From the NCBI GenBank assembly GCA_038225655.1, contig JBBRQY010000003.1, positions 265,323-329,322 of the forward strand: a stretch of DNA of 64,000 nucleotides, read 5' to 3'. This document shows, piece by piece, positions 32,541 through 41,427 of this stretch; the stretch's first letter is position 1, and every line of letters begins with the position of its first letter. The translations under genes and the position numbers were made by a program. Under the pieces are notes generated by a model that saw nothing but the letters and a program-made list of their open reading frames with translations, was not told the DNA's origin and did no database searches. Source of the DNA: Phycisphaerales bacterium. GTDB lineage: Bacteria; Planctomycetota; Phycisphaerae; Phycisphaerales; UBA1924.

Positions 32541-33614
32541 CTATCGCCCGGTTGACGGAATCGCATTCGTCCCAGTGGCGGCCGGCGCTCCCTCCCCTTG
32601 ATTCTCTTTCCGGATCGCATCCTCCACAATCTTTTCAAACACGCCCGCCAGCAGTCTCTGCCCCCGCGCATTCGCGTGCACATCATCCCCGGGCTCGAAC
32701 GGATCCCCCTTTCCGTCATCCATCGCACCCCGAAACGACGCCCCCGTATTCACCGACACTACCCCCGCACTCTTGATCCAACTCGAAATCACTCCGCACC
32801 CCGGCCGCGCCGTACCGGTCAGTTCCGCCTTCCGGAAGTACTGCACCACACGCACCTGCACGCCCTTCGATTTTGCCAGCTCCACCAACTCCATAAACGA
32901 AGCGCGGCACAACTCGATGTCCTGCTCGTGCGTCGCCGCGTGCCCCGGCGGGGGCGGTTCCGGCATTCGCCCGATCACCTTGCACAGCGCCTTCCATCCA
33001 TACACCCCGAGCAGTTCCTGCAATGCAAACGTCGGCTTGCTCTGCGGCCACGAACTCCCGATGTATTCCAGCCCGGGCGCATCATCAAAGTCGTCGCTGT
33101 TCAATACCAATATCAACATGTCCGCATCGAACAACCCGAACCGCTTCACATACGCCAGTTCATTCGGCGGCCCCCAACTCCCCGCGCTCATGTTCCCCAC
33201 CACCATCCGCTGCCGCGGCTCGCAGTCCTTCGGCAACCTCATCCCCGCCAAAATCGTCGTCGCAAGCTCGCTCTGATCGATCTTCGCCCCACCGTTCACG
33301 ATGCTGTCCCCAAGGACCATCACGCGATACTCCTCCGCCCCGGCCGCCCCTTCGGCCCGATGCTCGGAAATCTCTCCCGTCCGCATCGACCACTTGTTCA
33401 CCACATAGTCATGCCCGAATCTTCGGCACTTCTGGTTCGGCACGAGCAGATACTCAATCTCCGGATCCAGCTTGTACAAAGGCGGATCCCCCAATCCCAC
33501 GATGTACCGCGCCCCCAACTCCCCCGCCAACGCTCCCCCCACCAGCAGACACACACCCCATACCAGCGCCCGCTTGGCCGTCCATCGCCGCTTCCGTCTC
33601 ATTCCATATCCCAT
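32541..33614 (-). CDS. SGNH/GDSL-family hydrolase, membrane-anchored
   Basis: 'VMVLGDSIVNGG' (block I) and 'DDVHAN' (block V). N-terminal TM 'ALVWGVCLLVGGALAG'. The track ORF runs through the tRNA and was trimmed to ATG 33614. Confidence 0.65.
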   Translation of the reverse strand: MGYGMRRKRRWTAKRALVWGVCLLVGGALAGELGARYIVGLGDPPLYKLDPEIEYLLVPNQKCRRFGHDYVVNKWSMRTGEISEHRAEGAAGAEEYRVMVLGDSIVNGGAKIDQSELATTILAGMRLPKDCEPRQRMVVGNMSAGSWGPPNELAYVKRFGLFDADMLILVLNSDDFDDAPGLEYIGSSWPQSKPTFALQELLGVYGWKALCKVIGRMPEPPPPGHAATHEQDIELCRASFMELVELAKSKGVQVRVVQYFRKAELTGTARPGCGVISSWIKSAGVVSVNTGASFRGAMDDGKGDPFEPGDDVHANARGQRLLAGVFEKIVEDAIRKENQGEGAPAATGTNAIPSTGR

Positions 33615-33713
33615 CGGATTCGCCCTTCCTGCTTGAGTACCCAGACGCACCGCGGCGGGACTTTCAATCTGCGCTAGACCCGCCCCCACATCTCTGCGTA
33701 ACCTTCCGCTCCT

Positions 33714-33785
33714 GCGGGCGTAGCTCAATGGTAGAGCATCAGTTTTCCAAACTGAATGTTGCGCGTTCGAGTCGCGTCGCCCGCT
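33714..33785 (+). tRNA. trnW: tRNA-Trp (anticodon CCA)
   Basis: GCGGGCG...CGCCCGC acceptor stem, 'TAGCTCAATGGTAGAGC' D-arm, anticodon loop TTCCAAA, 'GTTCGAGTC' T-arm. No encoded CCA. Confidence 0.9.
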
Positions 33786-33787
33786 TT
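33744..33787 (+). repeat. attL (44-bp direct repeat, 3' part of tRNA-Trp)
   Basis: tttccaaactgaatgttgcgcgttcgagtcgcgtcgcccgcttt, identical to 49926-49969. Confidence 0.9.
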
Positions 33788-33894
33788 GGATAAGTTGCCG
33801 GATCGCAAGGATTTGCGAGGCCTCCCGAGTGTTCGGGAGTGCGGCCAAACCAGCGTCCGCCGTGGTTCATACCACGGCGTGCAGGAGCCGCACT

Positions 33895-35178
33895 ATGTCC
33901 GCGCCCACAACTCCATCGCCCCGCCTCCCTCAGATGCTCGTGTACGCCCCCGCCGGCCGCGTCACGAAAGACGGCCAACCCTACCGCCGATTCCGTGTAC
34001 GCGTGAAGGGGCAAGACATTCCTCTGGGTCCGTGGGGTCCGGACGACTCGCCCGAGCATCAGCGAGCCACGATGAAGTACCGCGGCATCTGCGCCGACCT
34101 TCTGCGCCACGGGAAGGTATGCAGCAAGCCGGATGTGCTCACCGTCGGATCGCTCATCGACTTGTACCTCAACGAACTCGCGAGGCGGGACGCGGCGATT
34201 GATCCGCCTGGACGCAGCGAACCGAACGGCCGATCGATTCTCAAGAAACTTCGTGCTGGTTTCGCGCCGGAACGAGCCGCGGACTTTTCCGTGCCCAAAC
34301 TTGTGCATTGGCGCCTCGCCCTCGCCGAGACGGTCGATGATCGCGGAGTCCGGCTCAGCCGCGGCTATCTCAACAGCAAGGTGATCCCGACAATCGTGCG
34401 CATGTTCCGGTGGGCTCAGGACAAAGGACTCATCGAAGGCGAGCGATGGAAGGGCAATCCGAAGGACGTGGTTACGCCGCTCGCGAAGGGCGAGACTTCA
34501 GCGCCGAACCTCGAAGCAAGGGAGATGGCGGAGGGGATTGTCGTCGATCAGGTGCTTCCGCACCTACTCCCCTATGTCCGCGACGTGGTACAACTCATCC
34601 GTTTGACCGGGGCTCGCCCATCGGAAATCTGCCGACTCACCTGTGCGATGATCGACACTTCGCGGGCCGACGTGTGGGTCGTGGATTTGAAGCAGAACAA
34701 GAACGCCCACAGAGGGAAGATGCGAGTGATCACGTTCGACGCATCGGCGCAGGAGATTCTTTGCCGCCACAGGGATCCCCACCGCCCCTATGCCTGCATC
34801 TTCACGGGCGGACGACTCAAAGAGGCCAGCGTTCGAGCGAAACACGCCGGCCGGAACAGCACGCCGACGCCGGCACAGCTTGCGGCGATGGCGAAGGCCA
34901 CTGAGGATCGACTTGCCGACGCCAAACCGCTCGACCCGTCCACCGTTCAGGACCACGTGCGCCTTGCGTGCGTGGAGCACGGAATCGCACCGTGGACGCT
35001 GTACCAGCTCCGACATGCGGCCATCACCGAGGCGGACGACTTGGTAGACGAAGGCGTAGCGCAGGACGTTGCCGGGCATTCCTCCGCGGCGATGACCAAA
35101 AAGTACAAGCACAATCAGATCAACCGGGCCGTGAAGGCACGCCGCGCCGTCACCGCTGCGAAGGCCGCGGCTCACTGA
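33895..35178 (+). CDS. int: tyrosine-type site-specific integrase
   Basis: 'GARPSEICRL', 'LYQLRHAAIT', 'GHSSAAMTKKYKH' (R...H-x-x-R...H...Y). Start placed at ATG 33895. Confidence 0.9.
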   Translation: MSAPTTPSPRLPQMLVYAPAGRVTKDGQPYRRFRVRVKGQDIPLGPWGPDDSPEHQRATMKYRGICADLLRHGKVCSKPDVLTVGSLIDLYLNELARRDAAIDPPGRSEPNGRSILKKLRAGFAPERAADFSVPKLVHWRLALAETVDDRGVRLSRGYLNSKVIPTIVRMFRWAQDKGLIEGERWKGNPKDVVTPLAKGETSAPNLEAREMAEGIVVDQVLPHLLPYVRDVVQLIRLTGARPSEICRLTCAMIDTSRADVWVVDLKQNKNAHRGKMRVITFDASAQEILCRHRDPHRPYACIFTGGRLKEASVRAKHAGRNSTPTPAQLAAMAKATEDRLADAKPLDPSTVQDHVRLACVEHGIAPWTLYQLRHAAITEADDLVDEGVAQDVAGHSSAAMTKKYKHNQINRAVKARRAVTAAKAAAH

Positions 35179-35333
35179 GACGCATTGCAAACCACAACTC
35201 TACACAATATAACATTGCGATTGGCCATCATGGACACTCAAGGACAGTCATTGACAATCACGGCCGAAAATGATGTGTTTTGGTGTGACTTGGTTGGGTT
35301 CGGTGTCGCGGATTGTCGCCATTTGACCCCATC

Positions 35334-35362
35334 TTGACTTATGTCTGGCATAGGGGCACAAT
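35334..35362 (+). promoter_or_regulatory. sigma-70-like promoter candidate TTGACT-17-CACAAT
   Basis: TTGACT at 35334-35339 and CACAAT at 35357-35362, within a visibly AT-richer intergenic stretch. Confidence 0.3.
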
Positions 35363-35402
35363 GGGACGTACTGGCGTCACCCAAAACACAAAGGAACCCA
35401 TT

Positions 35403-35714
35403 ATGCCGCTATCGCCAGCGTCCAAGCCCCCCGCAATCACACTCGAAACCCTCCGCGAAACGCGGCTCACGTTCAAGGCTGCCGCGAAACTCGCGGGCGT
35501 GGATCAGACATCCGTTTGGCGATGGGCCATGACCGGCCTCCGCGGCGTCAAGCTGCCGACCATCCACATCGGCAGGGGGCACTTCGTCACCGAGCCTGCC
35601 CTTCTCGACTTCCTCAACAAGATCAACGACAAGGGGCCCGCCGACGTGTCCCACCTTGTCGAAGCCCGTCAAGAAGCCCGTAAGCCCCGCCGATCGCGAC
35701 GCCGCGCGGCCTGA
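35403..35714 (+). CDS. small HTH DNA-binding protein (DUF1580-like)
   Basis: 'LTFKAAAKLAGVDQTSVWRWAMTGLRGVKLPTIHIGRGHFVTEPALLDFL'. Confidence 0.6.
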   Translation: MPLSPASKPPAITLETLRETRLTFKAAAKLAGVDQTSVWRWAMTGLRGVKLPTIHIGRGHFVTEPALLDFLNKINDKGPADVSHLVEARQEARKPRRSRRRAA

Positions 35715-35738
35715 TTCAGTTCGATCCCGATTTGATCT

Positions 35739-36188
35739 GTGAATGCTCGGGCTGCCGCATCACCAACGGCCCGGGCAGAAGTTGTCCCTCACATGAAACC
35801 TATCCGGTCGGACAAGGAACGTCCAGCCCCGGCCACGAATCCCTTGGCCCAGTGGCTCCGCGCCCAGGCCGCGGCGTTCGTCGCGCAGGCGGAAGCGATC
35901 GAGCGAGGCCATCAGAGCGAGACGATCACATGCCCCGGGCTGGATCGGATGGACGTGGCGATTCTTCGCGTGCTCGCCGCGCACCCTTTGCATCGTGTTC
36001 TCGCTGCCGATCTATCCGACGGTGGGCATCGCGACATCGGCCGTCCAAAGGCCGTGGGCATCCGCCTCCGTCAACTCCACAACAGCGGCTTTGTCGATTT
36101 CCCCGTCGGTAGCCATCGCGGCGCCCTCATCACCGGCCGGGGACTTGCTGCCGTGCGTGCAGATGACGTGCAAGTGACGCTCAAATGA
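35739..36188 (+). CDS. hypothetical winged-helix-like protein
   Basis: 'MDVAILRVLAAHPLHRVLAADL...GIRLRQLHNSGFVDF' is MarR/wHTH-like. The start may instead be at 35793 (MKPIRSD). Confidence 0.5.
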   Translation: MNARAAASPTARAEVVPHMKPIRSDKERPAPATNPLAQWLRAQAAAFVAQAEAIERGHQSETITCPGLDRMDVAILRVLAAHPLHRVLAADLSDGGHRDIGRPKAVGIRLRQLHNSGFVDFPVGSHRGALITGRGLAAVRADDVQVTLK

Positions 36189-36224
36189 CCGCTTCGCCAA
36201 AACCGCCCGGAGGATACTTCCCAC

Positions 36225-36776
36225 ATGTCCGAGCCACAACGACTTTTCAACGTCCGGCAACTCTCCCGACATCTCAGCGTGTCTCAAAAGTGGCTGCGAC
36301 TAGAGGTGGAGGAGAATCGACTCCCCTGCATTCGCATCCGCAAGAATGAAATGCTGTTCGACGCCGAGACAGTCGAAACGATTCTGGCTGAGCGAGCAAA
36401 GCTCGGCGATGGCCGTGTCGTCACGAACTACTTCACGCCAGCGGTTCCGGCGAGGCACGTTGGAGGCGTGCATCGGAAGGCGATTCAGCTCTTCGGGGAT
36501 CTGCTGGCTGTGACTTGGGATTGCAACCACCCCGCGCGAGCCGAGTCGGTGCGTGCCCTGCTCTCCGAAATCGGGATCGATGTGAACGTCACGATGTCTG
36601 GCGAGCTTTCCCAAAAGACGCTTGAATGGCTCGTTGCTCAGTGCCCCGCGTGGCCGGTCGATGCCCAATGGGCACCACCGTCGAGAACTCCGCGCCCCAC
36701 GCAGGAAGCGATAGACGCGGCCGCTCCCCTCAACGGAAAGGACTCCGATGCCCCGTCGTCCCCAATCGCATATTGA
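36225..36776 (+). CDS. HTH (excisionase/MerR-like) domain protein
   Basis: 'LFNVRQLSRHLSVSQKWLRLEVEENRLPCIRIRKNEMLFDAETVETIL'. Confidence 0.6.
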   Translation: MSEPQRLFNVRQLSRHLSVSQKWLRLEVEENRLPCIRIRKNEMLFDAETVETILAERAKLGDGRVVTNYFTPAVPARHVGGVHRKAIQLFGDLLAVTWDCNHPARAESVRALLSEIGIDVNVTMSGELSQKTLEWLVAQCPAWPVDAQWAPPSRTPRPTQEAIDAAAPLNGKDSDAPSSPIAY

Positions 36777-36999
36777 CCACCACGCCGCGGCCCGATGGCT
36801 GTGCGGCGGACCCGTGCGTGATATGCCGCTCGCGCAGCGGCTCATTCGTCACTTCGTGGCGACCGGCCACTGGCGCGAAGTCAGCCGGGATGGCGTCGTT
36901 GGCTTCGACCTCGCGGACCTGAATGCGTGGCTCGTGTGGTGGCACTCGCCATCGTCGGACCTGGCACAGCCGCCGTTCGCGTCTCGGAGGGCGGCATGA
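36748..36999 (+). CDS. hypothetical small protein
   Basis: ORF track 83 aa. Its TGA overlaps the next gene's ATG (ATGA at 36996-36999). Start uncertain. Confidence 0.4.
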   Translation: MPRRPQSHIDHHAAARWLCGGPVRDMPLAQRLIRHFVATGHWREVSRDGVVGFDLADLNAWLVWWHSPSSDLAQPPFASRRAA

Positions 37000-37916
37000 A
37001 GATCAACATTGCACTGATCCGGACCGATGGCCAGACGCAGCCGCGCGAGCGGTTGGATACGAATGTGGTCAGCGACTACGCCGAGATGCTCGACGCGCTC
37101 CCGCCGGTGACGGTCTTTCGCGAAGGGAACAATTACTGGCTGGCCGACGGCTTCCATCGACACGCCGCGCACGTCAAGGCAAAACTCGAACAGATAAGTG
37201 CCGACGTTCGGAACGGCACTGTTGACGATGCCCGTCTGTTCGCCGCTGGAGCCAATGCCGCCCACGGGCTTCGTCGAACGATCGCGGACAAGCGGCGCGC
37301 CGTGCGGATCGTCCTATGGCACCCGTTGGCCGAAGACTGGTCTGACCGCCAAATTGCGACTCACTGCGGGGTGTCTCACACGTTCGTTGCGCGGTCGCGG
37401 CTTGATCTCAATGGCGCAGTTGTGGCCCGCTCCGACACAAAGCCGAACCCGGAACCCGCGACCCTTCCCACCGATGCCGTGGCCGATCCGAGCTCGGGCC
37501 CGCCGGAGCGTCCAACCGCAAAGACCGAGTTGCCGAAAGGCCTGGACCCCGATGTAGCGATGAAGCTGCTTGCTGCGATCGCGCAGTCGGACGTGCTGCG
37601 ACGGCTCAAACTTGATCTGGACGCGATCGCGCGCCGAGTCGAACAGTGCAGAGAGAACACGGCAGCTCGCCAGTTTCCATTTCAGCAATTTGTGAGACCC
37701 TTCCGCGAGGTGACGCTCTATGTCTGGAACGCGGAGCCGTTCTGCACATGTCCTGAGCCCCACGCGGGCCAACCCGGATGCCGCCTTTGTGCTTCCACGG
37801 GTTGGCTCACTCGCGGCGCGTTCCACAACTCCGCAATTCCGAAAGACCACAAGCAAGCGTGCTGGTTCTTCCGCGACGGCGATTGGTTGACCGCTGAGCA
37901 AGCGGGAGAGCTGTGA
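36996..37916 (+). CDS. ParB-like N-terminal (ParB/Srx nuclease-like) domain protein with C-terminal Cys cluster
   Basis: 'MKINIALIRTDGQTQPRE...VTVFREGNNYWLADGFHRHAAH' is ParB N-terminal domain-like. C-terminus 'CTCPEPHAGQPGCRLCASTGW'. Confidence 0.7.
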   Translation: MKINIALIRTDGQTQPRERLDTNVVSDYAEMLDALPPVTVFREGNNYWLADGFHRHAAHVKAKLEQISADVRNGTVDDARLFAAGANAAHGLRRTIADKRRAVRIVLWHPLAEDWSDRQIATHCGVSHTFVARSRLDLNGAVVARSDTKPNPEPATLPTDAVADPSSGPPERPTAKTELPKGLDPDVAMKLLAAIAQSDVLRRLKLDLDAIARRVEQCRENTAARQFPFQQFVRPFREVTLYVWNAEPFCTCPEPHAGQPGCRLCASTGWLTRGAFHNSAIPKDHKQACWFFRDGDWLTAEQAGEL

Positions 37917-38527
37917 CGGCCGCCAAGCTCAACACGTCATGGCCGACGAATCTCCCCGCGGACGCTCAGGCGCTCTGGGAGAGTATCGTCGGCCTCGTGC
38001 TCGAGCAGCCCCAGCCGGACGAACGCTGGCGGCTGGTGGTCCTTGGCCTGGCTCGTGGAGTGAAGTTCTCACACTTCACCCGCGACTTCACGCAGCCCCA
38101 ACTAGACACGCTCGCCCGGTTCGCCTTTGACACGATCGACTATCTTCGCCGCGGACACGAGCGCGACGAGACGGTGGCGGCATTTCGCACGGCCCACGAA
38201 CGGGCAAAATTCCCGCTGCCGGGTTTCTTTGCGACCATCGCGTTTTCGCAGGCACGAACGGCGCCACTTCCTTCCGCCGCGAAGCGATACGAGGATGATT
38301 CGCTCCGCATGCTCGTGGCCGGGTGCCACGAGCTGCAGCGCATGGCCGGGGATAGCCCGTTCGTCCTCACGTGCCGGGATGCCGGCCGAGAGATCGGACG
38401 TCACCACGAGACCGCGCATGACTATCTCAAGATGCTGGTCCGCGACGGCGTTCTGGAGAAGGTTTTTGCGGGCAAAGCCGGATCAGGCTGGGGCTGCGCG
38501 GCTAAGTTTCGATTCGTCACTGTCTAA
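37913..38527 (+). CDS. hypothetical protein with C-terminal wHTH-like segment
   Basis: ORF track 204 aa, GTGA overlap with the previous gene. 'HETAHDYLKMLVRDGVLEKV'. Confidence 0.5.
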   Translation: MTAAKLNTSWPTNLPADAQALWESIVGLVLEQPQPDERWRLVVLGLARGVKFSHFTRDFTQPQLDTLARFAFDTIDYLRRGHERDETVAAFRTAHERAKFPLPGFFATIAFSQARTAPLPSAAKRYEDDSLRMLVAGCHELQRMAGDSPFVLTCRDAGREIGRHHETAHDYLKMLVRDGVLEKVFAGKAGSGWGCAAKFRFVTV

Positions 38528-38578
38528 CCTTCGCACCCCGCTCCGGAACATGCAACACCCACAGCAGAGGTATAGACC

Positions 38579-38899
38579 ATGAACGAGGAACAGCAGGCCA
38601 AGGTGAACGTGTGGCTCGCCAAGATGCAGGAAGTCGGCGGCACTGAATACCAGACCTATCGGCAGGCGATGGACTCTCTGTATGCAGAGCTCGATGAGGT
38701 AGTGTTGAACGAGGTGGTCCGCCTCAACGATCTGCAACTGCAGAAGGCGATTTTGACATGGAGCGGCCCACTGAGAGCATCGCTTTGCTCAAGCGGATTC
38801 AACAGGACGGGGACCATGCTCGACGAGTGGCGAGAGGTCGCGGCAAGCCGCCTTCTTCAACCTGACCGGCGCCAGCTCGGCACGTATTCGGGTGCGTGA
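38579..38899 (+). CDS. hypothetical protein (3' half doubtful)
   Basis: ORF track 106 aa. The first ~60 aa look protein-like. The tail overlaps the convergent gene 38857-39267. Confidence 0.35.
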   Translation: MNEEQQAKVNVWLAKMQEVGGTEYQTYRQAMDSLYAELDEVVLNEVVRLNDLQLQKAILTWSGPLRASLCSSGFNRTGTMLDEWREVAASRLLQPDRRQLGTYSGA

Positions 38900-39267
38900 A
38901 TGACGTGCTGATCGATGTACTGAAGCACGCTGGGCAACAGGAATAGCTTGGTGCCTCGTCGCACTCGGAAGCCGCAAAGTCCGTCGGCGCGGAGCTTGGC
39001 GATCTCGGTGCTGATCTGCGATTCGGCGCACTCGACCCGAAGAAACTCCAGCACTTCGCGGCTCGTCATCACGAACGGAGCGGGCCGACCGGACGGCATC
39101 CAATAGGCCTCGCGGACAGTGACGCCTCCCACGGGAACCTGGACGGGTTTGGTGGCGTCGCCGATGCGCTCGGCAAGTCTGGCCGGCTCGTTGCGTCCGC
39201 CGCCGGATCTGCGTTGGTACGGCACCTGTGGCGTAAGCGGTGACGGCTGGGGCTTGTCGTTCATCAT
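38857..39267 (-). CDS. HTH (excisionase-like) DNA-binding protein
   Basis: 'MTSREVLEFLRVECAESQISTEIAKLRADGLCGFRVRRGTKLFLLPSVLQYI'. Start at MMNDK. Confidence 0.5.
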   Translation of the reverse strand: MMNDKPQPSPLTPQVPYQRRSGGGRNEPARLAERIGDATKPVQVPVGGVTVREAYWMPSGRPAPFVMTSREVLEFLRVECAESQISTEIAKLRADGLCGFRVRRGTKLFLLPSVLQYIDQHVIHAPEYVPSWRRSG

Positions 39268-39374
39268 CCCAATATACACGCGCGTGTGTGTAGGTTTGTG
39301 CTGGTTTGTAAACGTCTGTCAATGACACGCTTGCAGTCCGGTCGTTCGCAAATGAGTCGCCGTAGACTGACCAC

Positions 39375-39500
39375 ATGAACCCCGCGCGCTGGATGATCGC
39401 GTATCGCGCCGTCGTCGTGGCCCTGCTCGCCGCCATCGCCCTGGGCGTATTGATGCTCGTGGCCAAAGTCTGCCACGGAACCCTTGACGTTTGGCGGTAG
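39375..39500 (+). CDS. 41-aa single-pass hydrophobic peptide (not in ORF track)
   Basis: Manual translation: MNPARWMIAYRAVVVALLAAIALGVLMLVAKVCHGTLDVWR*. Third codon positions are strongly G/C, as in the real genes here. Confidence 0.4.
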   Translation: MNPARWMIAYRAVVVALLAAIALGVLMLVAKVCHGTLDVWR

Positions 39501-39521
39501 CGAGGCCGACGGCGGAGGGGT

Positions 39522-39740
39522 CTATTTCGATCGTCGCCGGGTCTTCTTGTGGCCGCGGCCGACCGTGATGCCGGCCGCGAGCGCCGAGACCTCGGAAACG
39601 TCTACCAAAGTGGCCTGAAGGTTTCGCACCATCACCGTCTGCGATCGCTTCAGCCGATCCGTCGCGAGCCACCGCGCCACCGTCGCCCGGTCGATGCCCA
39701 CCTTTGACGCCGCATCCCGCATGGTCATCATGTCGCCCAT
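39522..39740 (-). CDS. small HTH repressor/Cro-like protein
   Basis: 'MRDAASKVGIDRATVARWLATDRLKRS'. Transcribed divergently from the 39893 gene. Confidence 0.7.
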   Translation of the reverse strand: MGDMMTMRDAASKVGIDRATVARWLATDRLKRSQTVMVRNLQATLVDVSEVSALAAGITVGRGHKKTRRRSK

Positions 39741-39747
39741 ATGGGGG

Positions 39748-39817
39748 ATTGTAGCACGTGCGATATTTGACGCAACTTGTCAAATCAGATTGACAGATAC
39801 AGCACGTGCGGTATTCT
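39748..39817. promoter_or_regulatory. divergent promoter/operator (genetic-switch-like) region
   Basis: AGCACGTGCG occurs twice (39753-39762, 39801-39810). Leftward -10 TACAAT (complement of 39748-39753). Rightward TTGACA (39790-39795)-16 nt-TATTCT (39812-39817). Inverted TTGAC/GTCAA at 39768-39783. Confidence 0.45.
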
Positions 39818-39892
39818 TTCCGATAGCAAGGGACCGCCGCGAGTGACGTTACCACTCGGACGGCCCCGCGAAACTGCATCGAAAGGAACTCC

Positions 39893-40123
39893 ATGAACTC
39901 TACCACCCCCAACAGCAGCCCAGCCCGCGAAGCCACATACCTCGCCCTGTTCTGTGCCGCCCTGTCCGGTGCCACCATCGCCGCGGGCCCCGATGCACAT
40001 GCCATCGACGTGGCCACCCGAGCCACTGACCTCGCCGACCTCGCCATGAGCGCCATCGACAAGGCCGGGTGCCCCGGTGTCGAGAAGCCGCAACGCTCCA
40101 GCCGACTCCGAATCGCAGTGTAA
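39893..40123 (+). CDS. hypothetical small protein
   Basis: ORF track 76 aa. AAGGAA-type RBS a few nt upstream of the ATG. Confidence 0.45.
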   Translation: MNSTTPNSSPAREATYLALFCAALSGATIAAGPDAHAIDVATRATDLADLAMSAIDKAGCPGVEKPQRSSRLRIAV

Positions 40124-40223
40124 ACCGGTCCCAAAGCTACTCGAAACTCTTGGAAGACGACCGCCCCTGGCACATGCTGGGGGCGTTGTCGTTCCATGCC
40201 TAGTCTCAGGACAGGCCCATACC

Positions 40224-40307
40224 GACAGAGAGACAGAGACACAGAGAATTTACACGACCCTTCCGTGTATCTCTGTCGCCCAAATCGGTACAAGTCTCTG
40301 TCGCCCA
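40224..40307. repeat. iteron-like repeat cluster
   Basis: Three tandem 8-mers ACAGAGAG/ACAGAGAC/ACAGAGAA (40225-40248). Two copies of CTCTGTCGCCCA (40271-40282, 40296-40307) in the inverse orientation. Confidence 0.7.
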
Positions 40308-40745
40308 TTCCACCCGGCAACGTTGCCACTCCGGCCGGTCCGCCGGCGTCTACGTCGGTGCGCGTGCGCGCTTCTGAAACATTTTGGTCCCACCTCCCCA
40401 CGCCGTTCCCGCCCTCGCCGTGGCACGTTGCCACCCATCGAGAACGCCGCCGGACGCTGTACCACGCACCTACACCACGATGCCCCGCCCTCGCTCGGCG
40501 GGCTTGGACCGTGTTTCAAGGTGGTTTCAACACGCCTTCAACGGCGCACGCTCAGCCAGTTCAGATGACACTCCACCCAACGAGGGGCGAATCGAGTGCC
40601 GCCCGCAGGCCGATGGGGTGGCACGGGGGAGCTGGGCGCGTAGAGATGGGTCGATCGACTCGCGCAGAACTCTGAGAAAAAATCTTCCAAGGGTCCAAAA
40701 CTTCTGAGCCGATACATAGATGGCGGTATATATTTACCGCGATCA

Positions 40746-41405
40746 ATGCAGTCGTCACGGCTGATGCCCGAGGGCAACCCGCGAACGAGTGCGAGGACCG
40801 ACCACGTGCACCACTTGCTTTCTGCTGACCAGCATCGCTTCTTGAGCCGCAACCGCTTGGTGATGCGGCATCGCTCTGTTGCCCCGACCGACGTGAGTGT
40901 CGATGTCCTGGGAAACATGAGCCACTCGCCGGCGCTCATCGAGCTCGACATCATCGACGATCACGATGCAGTGCTGGTCTGCGAGCGCGGCGACAGCGAA
41001 CCCGAGTTGATCGCGAAGCTCTTTTCTGAGGCCAATCGCGTTTTGCCGGTGTTCGCGGAGAGTCGCGCGAACGACCGTGAAGCTGCGATGGCGAAGCAGG
41101 CGAAGGAACATCGCCTGTGGCAGATACTCAACAACATCGTCGATCTTCGGCCGAACGAATCTTGGCCGCCAAACTGGGTCTCCACGCTCGACGATTTCTC
41201 CCGGCCGGGCGGCTTCCCCAACACTGTGGGGTGTCTGGCGCACAAAGAGATTCTTGCCGCCGTCGCGGTGCTTCGGCATTGGGTGTCTCTCCACCGACAG
41301 CTCGTCAATGCTGCTTCGGTCGAGCACGCCGACGTGCCGGCAGAGATCGTCAAGATCGAGGCATCGCTCCCCTGGCTCTTTAGTCTCGCGCGGGAGGCCC
41401 CATGA
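40746..41405 (+). CDS. hypothetical protein (start uncertain, possibly about 40917)
   Basis: ORF track 219 aa. The C-terminal two thirds look protein-like. No motif recognised. Confidence 0.45.
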   Translation: MQSSRLMPEGNPRTSARTDHVHHLLSADQHRFLSRNRLVMRHRSVAPTDVSVDVLGNMSHSPALIELDIIDDHDAVLVCERGDSEPELIAKLFSEANRVLPVFAESRANDREAAMAKQAKEHRLWQILNNIVDLRPNESWPPNWVSTLDDFSRPGGFPNTVGCLAHKEILAAVAVLRHWVSLHRQLVNAASVEHADVPAEIVKIEASLPWLFSLAREAP

Positions 41406-41427
41406 CTCATATTGGAGCTAAAGCATC

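Noticed and set aside
32541-33848. N-terminal extension of the SGNH-hydrolase ORF across the tRNA-Trp gene, and the analogous ORF 49707..50009(-) across attR
   Set aside because: Both read 'RRDSNAQHSVWK', which is simply the reverse translation of the tRNA/att sequence. The hydrolase has a good internal ATG (33614) followed by a TM anchor.
39319-40434. 371-aa minus-strand ORF spanning the island switch region
   Set aside because: It overlaps the well-supported HTH gene 39522-39740 in another frame, crosses the AT-rich promoter region, and has an Arg/Gly/Ala-rich composition.
40196-40707. Overlapping ORFs 40077..40568, 40196..40675 and 40384..40707 in the iteron-containing stretch
   Set aside because: There are three mutually overlapping frames with Pro/Arg/Ser-rich products and no RBS. 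The region is better explained as non-coding with repeats, although a small real gene cannot be excluded.
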